A stretch of DNA of 64,000 nucleotides from a bacterium (GTDB lineage Bacteria; Patescibacteriota; UBA1384; VFKW01): assembly GCA_030647355.1 (NCBI GenBank), contig JAUSIS010000004.1, forward strand, positions 68,066 to 132,065, given 5' to 3'. This document shows positions 10,098 through 18,074 of the stretch, piece after piece. The position numbers were made by a program, and so were the translations under genes. Every line of letters begins with the position of its first letter. Positions within the stretch are counted from its first letter, which is position 1. The notes beneath the pieces were generated by a model that saw only the letters and a list, made by a program, of their open reading frames with translations, was not told where the DNA came from and made no database searches.

Positions 10098-10133
10098 TTT
10101 AAAATAACGGGCATACAAGCCCGTTATTTTAAA
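10098..10133. terminator. Perfect inverted repeat, probable bidirectional terminator
   Basis: tttaaaataacgggc-atacaa-gcccgttattttaaa directly after the helicase stop. Confidence 0.75.
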
Positions 10134-10135
10134 AT

Positions 10136-10176
10136 TGGCTCCTCCTTTCGGTTCAGTACAAGGATATAAGGTAAAA
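10136..10176 (-). repeat. att-like scar B (minus strand TTTTACCTTATATCCTTGTACTGAACCGAAAGGAGGAGCCA)
   Basis: Ends in GGAGCCA (mature tRNA-Asn 3' end). Shares the GTwCTrrACCGA core and spacing with the tRNA-Ser array repeats. Confidence 0.6.
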
Positions 10177-10312
10177 GTAGTGTTTTGTCCGACTGCCGGG
10201 GGCAAAAATGATACACAATGATACACTATATAAAAAAGGGATGTACCGTTTTTGAGAACAAACCGAACAAAAAACGGACTATTCTAAGACTATGGGAAAG
10301 ATAAATGCTGTT

Positions 10313-10834
10313 CTATTCAATAATTCCTTTTTCTCGCAAGAATTGGTCAGGGTCCTCGATATCGTGATCTAGAAGGAGTGTAAAACAGTAGCCAAGAGCT
10401 TCTTCGAACTCCATATTTTCAAGTTCCGCACAGTCCTCTTCTGATAGAGTTTCCCGACAAGCTTTTGCCAAGTCTGCTTAAGTCGGCTCAGTTTCTGATT
10501 GCGACTCAGTGGCTAAATCACCCAGGTCATCGGGAAATAGAATAAACGTTTGTCCCTCACTGACATTTTCGAAATCCTCGGTTACCACCGTCCCCTCTGC
10601 GTTCACATACTCAATATATCCTAGGATTTCTTGGCCTTCGGGATCAATGACAATGGCTTGATTGTTCGCAGAAGATCTTTCTATAGGCTCTTGTCTAGCT
10701 CGAAACCATTGTAGATCATCAAATCGGAAATCAATTGGATCTATCTCGCCAGCCTCTCTTCTCCTAGCTAGCTCTTGAACAGGATCTACCTTAGCTTCGT
10801 TTACTTCATGTTCTTCATGGTCTTCGAGTCCCAT
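10313..10834 (-). pseudogene. Acidic hypothetical protein interrupted by an in-frame TAA at 10478-10480
   Basis: ATG 10834 with RBS gggagg; frame continues 54 codons past the TAA (ADLAKACRETLSEED...LREKGIIE) to TAG at 10313. Confidence 0.55.
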
Positions 10835-10948
10835 AGCTTCCTCCCTTACCTTACTTAGCCCTAGTCTATCACTTTTGAGTTTTAATTTCATTACTTGAGA
10901 TTTCTGATAGAGATTGAATAAAAGGAGTTTTGTCGGTAAGATAAGAAT

Positions 10949-11581
10949 ATGAAGACTTCGTGTTGGGAAAAATATTACGGTAAGATGCCGCTTGATCAAA
11001 TTCCATGGCAAAGAACCCGAGCCGATTGGTTTAAGCACTCGGTTGATTCGGGCGTTGTTAAGGGAAAAACCGCCTTAGACTTGGGATGTGGAACGGGTAA
11101 AAAAAGTATTTATTTGGCTCAAAACGGATTTGAAAAAGTGATCGGGGTAGATATCTCCCCGAGTGCGATAAAATACGCAAAGGAAAACGCGAATAAAGAT
11201 AAAACCAAAAATAATACTGAATTTTTTGTTCATGACGTTACAAACCTTGCTTTTTTAGGAGATCAAAAGTTTGATTTTATACTGGACTGGGCCGTTCTAC
11301 ATTGCATAGAAGAAGATAAAAGAGAAGATTATATCAGCCAAATAGTTGAGCACAGCAATAAAGAAAGTTTATTTATGCTCAGGGTATTCAGTGATTCTAA
11401 TACCGGCAAAGATTATTTTATCGACACGATTGACGAAGAAACTAGCAAGGTATCATTATTTAATAGAGATTTGATAGATAAGCTTTTTGTTGATTATTTT
11501 ACAATCATTGAGCACAACCGTAGCCAACCGAGAACCAAAGATAACTTATGCTTTATCGAATTTTTAATGCGGAAAAAATGA
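10949..11581 (+). CDS. Class I SAM-dependent methyltransferase (TPMT/Methyltransf_25-like)
   Basis: ALDLGCGTG, GVDIS, FDFILDWAVLH motifs. Confidence 0.88.
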   Translation: MKTSCWEKYYGKMPLDQIPWQRTRADWFKHSVDSGVVKGKTALDLGCGTGKKSIYLAQNGFEKVIGVDISPSAIKYAKENANKDKTKNNTEFFVHDVTNLAFLGDQKFDFILDWAVLHCIEEDKREDYISQIVEHSNKESLFMLRVFSDSNTGKDYFIDTIDEETSKVSLFNRDLIDKLFVDYFTIIEHNRSQPRTKDNLCFIEFLMRKK

Positions 11582-11591
11582 GAATTAAGCA

Positions 11592-12131
11592 ATGAAATAT
11601 AAAGGAATAATACTAACAATTTTTGGGGTATTGGCTGCTGTGTTGCTTGCCAAACAGCCTGGTTTTCATGATTTTATTACCTCGCTTTCCGTGCTGGGGT
11701 ATCTGGGGGCAGTATTGGTTGGAGTATTTTTTGTCTCTACCTTCACGGTGGCCACTGCTATTGTCGCTCTATTTTACCTTGCCCAAGTGCAAAATCCGTT
11801 CCTTATTGCTCTTGCGGCAGGCTTCGGTGCCTTGCTTGGCGATCTTTTAATATTTCGCTTTGTCAGAGATACTCTTTGCGAAGAGCTGGGCTCGCTAATT
11901 AATAAAATTCCCTATTTTAGAAAAAGACATTTAGCTAAACTTATTCATAACAAACATCTTGCCTGGTTCTTACCGGCTCTCGGCGCCATGATCATCGCCT
12001 CACCCTTTCCAGACGAAATAGGCATTTCCCTAATGGGGATAGCTAAAGTAAGTCCCGCTCGTTTTGCCCTGATTAGTTATTGTTTAAATTCCTTTGGGAT
12101 ATTAGCCCTATTATTAATAGCCGGATATTAA
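11592..12131 (+). CDS. Hypothetical multi-pass membrane protein (VTT/DedA-like)
   Basis: Hydrophobic helices, GALLGD and ASPFPDE motifs. Confidence 0.6.
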   Translation: MKYKGIILTIFGVLAAVLLAKQPGFHDFITSLSVLGYLGAVLVGVFFVSTFTVATAIVALFYLAQVQNPFLIALAAGFGALLGDLLIFRFVRDTLCEELGSLINKIPYFRKRHLAKLIHNKHLAWFLPALGAMIIASPFPDEIGISLMGIAKVSPARFALISYCLNSFGILALLLIAGY

Positions 12132-12164
12132 CTCTCTATATAAAGCTTTCTATCCTTCAGGTAA

Positions 12165-12323
12165 ATAGTCGTCTTAAGCCAAACCGCAAAGACGAAAGTT
12201 GAAATCCGAGACTACGCCAAGTATGTACTCAAAAACGGCACCCGAGAAGAAAAACGAGAACTACTGAGTTGCCTAAAGACCAAATTATACCTTAAGGGAC
12301 AAAAGGTTTATTCGATGGATTAA
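12165..12323 (+). pseudogene. C-terminal remnant resembling the tail of tRNA-adjacent site-specific (serine) recombinases
   Basis: Startless open frame ...VEIRDYAKYVLKNGTREEKRELLSCLKTKLYLKGQKVYSMD*, convergent on the tRNA-Asn 3' end; family assignment from recalled similarity only. Confidence 0.45.
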
Positions 12324-12452
12324 AGGCTGGTTCGAGTCCGATTCCCGTCAAGCCGAAATAACAAAAAAGAGCGCCTTTTCAGCGTTCCTCTTTGTTTTGG
12401 GCGAACCTGCAAACCTTGACGGGGGTCGGTCGCCAGGAACCCAAAGTCCTTG

Positions 12453-12524
12453 CTCCGGCGGCTGGATTCGAACCAGCAACATGCTGCTTAACAGGCAGCC
12501 GCTCTACCGTTGAGCTACACCGGA
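12453..12524 (-). tRNA. tRNA-Asn(GTT)
   Basis: Cloverleaf TCCGGTG/CGCCGGA, anticodon arm GCTGC-CT GTT AA-GCAGC, T loop TTCGAAT. Confidence 0.95.
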
Positions 12525-12654
12525 ATATTGATTAACAAAAATATTGTACCATTTTTTACTAACCCTGTAAATAATATGCACAGCAGCCATTTGGCAAATA
12601 TCTATAAATTTAGTATGATTTAGTTAGATTGTTATTTCTCGTATCGGGAGGGGT

Positions 12655-13233
12655 ATGTCTCGTAAACCTAATATTAAGATTGGGGTATCGGGTTCGGCAA
12701 TAAATAATTGCGCTCCCGGCGCTTACAAGAAAGCGACAGAGATTGGTAGGGCGATAGCCAGAAACGGCGCTGTTTGTGTAACCGGTGATACAACCGGAGT
12801 GCCACTCTATGCCGCCAGAGGGTCGCACAGAGCCGGCGGTATCACTGTTGGTGTTTCTCCGGCCCATAGCCAAGAAGATCATGAGAGGCATTATCATCTC
12901 CCCTTAAATGATATGGATCTGGTTATTTATACCGGCTTTGCTTATTCTGGAAGAAATCTACTTTTTATACGCGCCTGCGATGCAGTTATTTTCATTTGCG
13001 GCCGGATTGGTACTCTAAACGAGTTTACTATTGCTTTTGAAGATAAGAAACCGATTGGTATTTTGACTAAGACGGGTGGGATTATTGAAGAAATAGAGCA
13101 AATTTTAGAAGTTTCGCATCGCGGTCGGCGGAAAATAGTTTTTGATGAAAATCCGGTTAAGTTAGTTGAACGATTGATTGATCTGGTAAGCGAAGAGCAT
13201 AGACATCACTACCACTCAAGGCAAGGAGAATGA
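12655..13233 (+). CDS. LOG/SLOG family nucleotide-binding protein (TIGR00725-like)
   Basis: VTGDTTGVP, GRNLL, GRIGTLNEF motifs. Confidence 0.8.
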   Translation: MSRKPNIKIGVSGSAINNCAPGAYKKATEIGRAIARNGAVCVTGDTTGVPLYAARGSHRAGGITVGVSPAHSQEDHERHYHLPLNDMDLVIYTGFAYSGRNLLFIRACDAVIFICGRIGTLNEFTIAFEDKKPIGILTKTGGIIEEIEQILEVSHRGRRKIVFDENPVKLVERLIDLVSEEHRHHYHSRQGE

Positions 13234-14606
13234 TGGATCTGAAATTTTATGGTGCCGTACAAGAGGTAACCGGCTCTAATATTTTAGTTGAAGCCAGTAA
13301 CACACGTCTTTTGGTGGATTGCGGTGTTTTTCAGGGCAGAAAGATGATAGAGGATAGAAATTATGAACCATTTCCTTATGATGCTCACTCAATAAAAGTA
13401 GTTCTTCTGACACATGCCCACCTTGATCACTGCGGCAGATTGCCGAAACTCTACCATGCGGGATTTAGAGGAAAAATTTTTGCAACAGCGGCGACACTCG
13501 ATCTGACTTTAATGTCTCTTAACGATAGTGCGGATATCATTGAGGAAGAGGCACTAGAAAACGGGCGTTTGCCATATTATACAAAAGATGACGTAGCAAA
13601 TCTGACTTCCTTATTCCAGCCAGTCGAGTATGATCAGACGATTGAAGTATTACCTGGTATCAAAGCTTGTTTTCGCGAAGCAGGGCACATCCTTGGCTCG
13701 GCGAGTATTGAATTATTCGCTGACGGGGAAAAAATAGTTTTCTCTGGAGATTTGGGTAACCATCCTGTGCCGATTCTACGCCCGCCGGCTACGATAGATT
13801 CGGCTGATTATGTTGTTATGGAATCTACTTATGGACATGATTTCCATGGCGATCTATCCAGCAGGCGCAAGTATCTACAGGATGCAGTTGACTATATAAT
13901 TAAACACCGAGGGGTATTGATGATCCCTGCTTTTGCCATTCAGAGGACACAAGAAATATTATACGAGTTAGATACTTTAATCGAGGAAGGTAAGATACCG
14001 GCTGATATTCCAATATATGTTGACAGCCCGCTGGCAATCGAGGCAACGGAAATTTTTAGTAAATATCCAAATTATTATAACGATCAAGCAAAAAAGATAA
14101 TCAGGTCGGGTGATGATTTTTTACATTTTAAGTCGTTGAAATTTACACCCAAGGTAGAAGATTCTAAAGCAATTAACTTTGTTGACCCGCCAAAAATTGT
14201 GATTGCAGGAAGCGGAATGATAACTGCCGGACGAATTACCCATCATATAAGGCGATATATATCAGATGAGAGAAATTATTTACTGATAGTAGGTTTTCAA
14301 GTCGCGGGAACAATGGGGCGGAGATTGATGGATGGAGAGAAACAGATAGGAATTTTTCATGAAAAACATATAGTACGGGCGAAAGTCGAAGTCGCCACCT
14401 GCTTTTCTGCTCATGCTGACCAAAAACAGCTCATAGAGTGGCTCTCAAATATTAAGGGTGTGAAAAAAGTGTATCTCAATCATGGAGAGAAAGAAAATAT
14501 CGAAGCACTCTCGGTAGTTGTTCAAAAGCAGCTTAATTTGACTACGGAAATCCCTCAGATGCCAATGACAAAACCAACACCGCCACAGGTAGTGGCAACA
14601 GCATAA
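13230..14606 (+). CDS. MBL-fold beta-CASP ribonuclease
   Basis: THAHLDH, AGHILGS, FSGDLG, MESTYG, FSAHAD, HGE motifs. Confidence 0.9.
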   Translation: MMDLKFYGAVQEVTGSNILVEASNTRLLVDCGVFQGRKMIEDRNYEPFPYDAHSIKVVLLTHAHLDHCGRLPKLYHAGFRGKIFATAATLDLTLMSLNDSADIIEEEALENGRLPYYTKDDVANLTSLFQPVEYDQTIEVLPGIKACFREAGHILGSASIELFADGEKIVFSGDLGNHPVPILRPPATIDSADYVVMESTYGHDFHGDLSSRRKYLQDAVDYIIKHRGVLMIPAFAIQRTQEILYELDTLIEEGKIPADIPIYVDSPLAIEATEIFSKYPNYYNDQAKKIIRSGDDFLHFKSLKFTPKVEDSKAINFVDPPKIVIAGSGMITAGRITHHIRRYISDERNYLLIVGFQVAGTMGRRLMDGEKQIGIFHEKHIVRAKVEVATCFSAHADQKQLIEWLSNIKGVKKVYLNHGEKENIEALSVVVQKQLNLTTEIPQMPMTKPTPPQVVATA

Positions 14607-14782
14607 ATTTGCTCTAACTTATTTAGTATGAGGGGTTATTTTTTTGTATTTGCTGACTTGAAATATACTCTGGGGTAGTATATTGTGGAAAGAGGAGAGT
14701 ATATTGGGGGACAATTTCCAGTAAATCCAAATTACCAATTTCAAATGTCAAAATTTAAAGTTAATTATGTTTGGGAGTAAAT

Positions 14783-15025
14783 ATGGAAGAACGGCAACAA
14801 AAAATTGTCAATCGGCTGCATCGAATTGAAGGCCAAGCCAGAGGAATTGAAAATATGATTCGAGAGCAGAGGGATATTAAGCAAATCGTTCAGCAGCTAG
14901 AGGCGATGCGGTCAGCTACTAACCAGATCATTAGCTATTTAATCGAGAACCGGTTTTGTTCCAAAGATTCTACATTGAGTTCAGACGATATTGCCTACCT
15001 CCGCCGCTTTATCAAGCGTCTTTAG
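14783..15025 (+). CDS. CsoR/RcnR/FrmR-family transcriptional repressor (atypical ligand set)
   Basis: NRLHRIEGQARGIENMI family signature. Confidence 0.8.
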   Translation: MEERQQKIVNRLHRIEGQARGIENMIREQRDIKQIVQQLEAMRSATNQIISYLIENRFCSKDSTLSSDDIAYLRRFIKRL

Positions 15026-15230
15026 GTGGATGAGAGGAGTTCTTTCCCATGCGATCACCAAGGGCTACTAAAAACGTACCTATTACCAACAAGTATAAAC
15101 CAACTATAGGGTCGTTTTGGAAAGGATATGGTGCGAATTCTCCCATAAGAAGCGGAGCGATCATCATGGGGACTCCTAATATTAGACCAACTGCTCCTAT
15201 ACCCTTCAAAATTAACATACAAATTCTCAT
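15012..15230 (-). CDS. Small two-TM hypothetical protein
   Basis: RBS gggagg, two hydrophobic segments, follows the L,D-transpeptidase gene. Confidence 0.55.
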   Translation of the reverse strand: MRICMLILKGIGAVGLILGVPMMIAPLLMGEFAPYPFQNDPIVGLYLLVIGTFLVALGDRMGKNSSHPPKDA

Positions 15231-15251
15231 ATACCCTCCCCATTTGAATTA

Positions 15252-16817
15252 TTATTTATGGATATAAACCGGGATGCCGACTTCTGCCCAATTATAGACT
15301 TCTTGAGCAGGTCCTACTGATAATCTCACACATCCATGAGACACTGCATAGCCGATGTCGCCAATGCCTTCTTTATAACCAGTCCTCATATCGACTGGCA
15401 GTTCATGGATACCTTGCCAAGCGCCTGTGCGATCTTGGGCGAAAGCCATCCACCACGGCATTATCCACGGAAATGATTTTGGTTTCGGCGCCTTATTTTT
15501 AATTTTAAAGACGCCTTCACGTGTTGGAGTCGACCGTTTGCCAGAGGAAATTCTAAATTCCTTTACTTTATTTTGCCCCTCCCAAAGATACATAGTTTGA
15601 TTGGATAAATTCATCTCAATATACTTGCCCGGATACATGCCGGGTGTAAAGGGTGGTGCCATTGTTTTTGTGGCGAATGGTTTGGTGTCAACTTGCATCG
15701 CGATAGTGCGATTTTCAGAAAAAGCGTTGGCTGACGGAATAGCTATTGATTGGTCGAGTATTGAATTATTAGGGCTATTATTACTTGCCTGCGTAGGTGT
15801 TGGAGTGAAAATGGCTAAGATATCGCTCGCGAGTTTGGTTCTGGCTAGAGACCTTCCATCTTTGCCCTCTTGCATAATACTGCCATCAATGGAGGAAATT
15901 CTTTTCTCAACCGGTTTAATATCTATTTTTTTGGCAATTGATGTTATGTCTTTAGTGACTGCCGCTTGATCAATACTGGGTGTAACTGTACCCGCTTTGG
16001 TTTCAAATTTTAACCATTTTATCATTCGATTTGCTGAAAAAGTATATTTTTTATCTTCAAAAACCAAATATATCGGGCTTTTGATCATTCCTTCAGCTTG
16101 GGTTTTTATAGCTCCTAGATCGGCTTCCTTATTCGAGGGCTCTAAACTTGATGCCTGAAAGGTCAGATGAAGTTCTTTCCAATTACTATCCAGTGCTTTT
16201 TGATTAAGACTGCTATAGAGCATTTTTTCCAAGACAATTTTATCAATTCCCACGCCGTATTCTTCTTTATTTATTACCAGCTGGTCCCCAGATACTGCTA
16301 TAGACGCATCTACTGGATTTTTATTTACTTCTCCAAGAATTTGAGAAAGATTGGAGTTAATTTTTTCTTTTTGGATAGTTAATATGGCAGGTTTTATAGT
16401 CTTTTTCTGGGTAATAATATCCCGAGCTAAGTATAAACCATCTTTAATAATGCTGCGGTTTCTCTGATTTTGAAATGTATCATTTAACACTTCACGCCAT
16501 TGGAAACTAATTCCCAGCTGTTCAAAATTAAAAGTATATTCTTTATCAGCCAGGGTAAGAAATAACTTTTTTTGGTCATCGGAGCCGAATTTCTTTTGTA
16601 GAATCTCTTTGGCTTGGGCTAATTCCATCCTTGACACGTCAACACCAGCAACGACTGTGTTGGGGAAAAAACGAGTTTTAAAATAATAGGCATAGGCTAC
16701 CGGGAAACTAGACAATACTAAAAGGAAAACCGAAATTAGTATGCCGGCAGTTATTTTTACATAATGCATTGTATTGGTTTGTTTTGCTTTTGAACTCACA
16801 ACTTTGCGACCCTCCAA
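15252..16817 (-). CDS. L,D-transpeptidase (YkuD) with peptidoglycan-binding (PG_binding_4-like) region
   Basis: N-terminal TM, VAGVDVS motif, C-terminal GIHELP...SHGCVR catalytic motif. Confidence 0.85.
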   Translation of the reverse strand: MEGRKVVSSKAKQTNTMHYVKITAGILISVFLLVLSSFPVAYAYYFKTRFFPNTVVAGVDVSRMELAQAKEILQKKFGSDDQKKLFLTLADKEYTFNFEQLGISFQWREVLNDTFQNQRNRSIIKDGLYLARDIITQKKTIKPAILTIQKEKINSNLSQILGEVNKNPVDASIAVSGDQLVINKEEYGVGIDKIVLEKMLYSSLNQKALDSNWKELHLTFQASSLEPSNKEADLGAIKTQAEGMIKSPIYLVFEDKKYTFSANRMIKWLKFETKAGTVTPSIDQAAVTKDITSIAKKIDIKPVEKRISSIDGSIMQEGKDGRSLARTKLASDILAIFTPTPTQASNNSPNNSILDQSIAIPSANAFSENRTIAMQVDTKPFATKTMAPPFTPGMYPGKYIEMNLSNQTMYLWEGQNKVKEFRISSGKRSTPTREGVFKIKNKAPKPKSFPWIMPWWMAFAQDRTGAWQGIHELPVDMRTGYKEGIGDIGYAVSHGCVRLSVGPAQEVYNWAEVGIPVYIHK

Positions 16818-16935
16818 TAGCTCTTTTTGTATTGTATGGTTTTTTTAAGTTCATCGCAAGTTTAATTCCTCTAGCAAAAAGTACAGGTTTATGTTAAAAT
16901 AATAGGCGTAAAAACGATAGACTTTGGGCGTGTAG

Positions 16936-16996
16936 TCCCGATGTCCCGACATCAAGTCGGGTATGCGGGATCCCGATCGGCAAAGCCGCATCGGGA
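16936..16996. repeat. 61-bp nested palindromic insertion TCCCGATG...CATCGGGA in the AG^CT site of the tRNA D-stem
   Basis: Terminal inverted repeats plus internal hairpins CCCGAC/GTCGGG and CGGC/GCCG. Confidence 0.7.
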
Positions 16997-17047
16997 CTCG
17001 AGGGATAAGCGCTTCGAATATATTCGGAATAAAATAGTGTCCTATGT

Positions 17048-17119
17048 GGGCGTATAGCTCAATGGTAGAGCAACGCTCTTATAAGGCGTCGGTTCCAGGT
17101 TCGAATCCTGGTACGCCCA
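17048..17119 (+). tRNA. tRNA-Ile(TAT), intact, nested within the interrupted tRNA-Ile(GAT)
   Basis: GGGCGTA/TACGCCC-A acceptor, ACGCT-CT TAT AA-GGCGT anticodon arm, GGTTCGAATCC T arm. Confidence 0.92.
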
Positions 17120-17302
17120 CATAGAACGTTCATTGCCGAATATCTGCGCCTAGCGAAGCGGCGCTAGATAAGGAAGATGTCGATGGTCCGAATCCATCCA
17201 CGCCCACTAATTTAAGGAAGATGTCTATAAAGAGATCAGACAGGGAACCCTTTAGGCTTGACAAGGGCTGTTTTTTGTGTTACAATATTATAATTTCAAG
17301 GA

Positions 17303-17881
17303 GTGGAAATGCGGATCAAAAACATAAAAATCAATATAAAGAAAAGTCAAATAAGAAATATTAAGCGATGGTCTCTGACAGCTTTTGCGATTTCGCTTTT
17401 GTTAACTAGTTTATTTGTTCTCAATGCTTTTGCCAAAACTGAAACTCAAAGTTCAATAATCCTTAAGATGACAAATAAAGAGCGAGCTAGCCGTTCGTTG
17501 GAACCGCTTAGTGAAAATAGGATTTTAGAGAGAGCTGCTTATGCCAAAGCCAGAGATATGTTTGATAACCAGTATTTTGATCATATTTCGCCTCAAGGCA
17601 GAACGCCGTGGTATTTTATCAATGAAGCCGGCTATGATTATGCTTATGCAGGTGAAAATTTGGCGATTGATTTTGATGACATTACTTCTATCCAAACTGC
17701 CTGGATGAATAGTCCTTCTCACAGGGAAAATATTCTTAATTCCAGTTTTAAAGATTTAGGTGTGGTTTCTGTGACCGATCTATATAAAGGTAAGACTACT
17801 ACTATAACTGTGGAGATGTTTGGTAGGACAATGTTTGATACAGTAATTGACAAATTTCTATTGAGTTTTAGTAAAACTTGA
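17303..17881 (+). CDS. CAP (SCP-like) domain protein
   Basis: N-terminal TM, YFDH, AGENLA, WMNSPSHRENIL. Confidence 0.9.
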   Translation: MEMRIKNIKINIKKSQIRNIKRWSLTAFAISLLLTSLFVLNAFAKTETQSSIILKMTNKERASRSLEPLSENRILERAAYAKARDMFDNQYFDHISPQGRTPWYFINEAGYDYAYAGENLAIDFDDITSIQTAWMNSPSHRENILNSSFKDLGVVSVTDLYKGKTTTITVEMFGRTMFDTVIDKFLLSFSKT

Positions 17882-18074
17882 CAATAAGCTAATCCATTAT
17901 AATATTGTCTTAGCTATGGTGTCTCTGTCTTAGAGTTTTATCTAGGGCAATTATTATTTGCACTATGGTTCAAAAATAAATACAAAAACTTGCGGAGGGG
18001 CAGGCATTGTTTGCTGTTAAAATAAACGCTTCGTCCGCAAATATTAAATATATAGGTATACAGGAGGTTAATAA

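Larger units (their letters stand above)
16926..17206 (+). tRNA. Interrupted tRNA-Ile(GAT): segments 16926-16935, 16997-17015, (17149-17151), 17167-17206
   Basis: GGGCGTG pairs with CACGCCC-A; anticodon stem CTTC(C)/GGAAG, GAT AA, T arm GATGG-TCCGAAT-CCATC; segments separated by hairpin insertions. Confidence 0.65.

Noticed and set aside
14710-14760. Degenerate 7-nt periodic tract (aatccaa attacca atttcaa atgtcaa)
   Set aside because: Too short and degenerate to assign a function.
16997-17167. Group I intron in the tRNA-Ile(GAT) anticodon loop
   Set aside because: The insert is ~150 nt, about half of it the nested tRNA, and no P7/catalytic core is recognisable.
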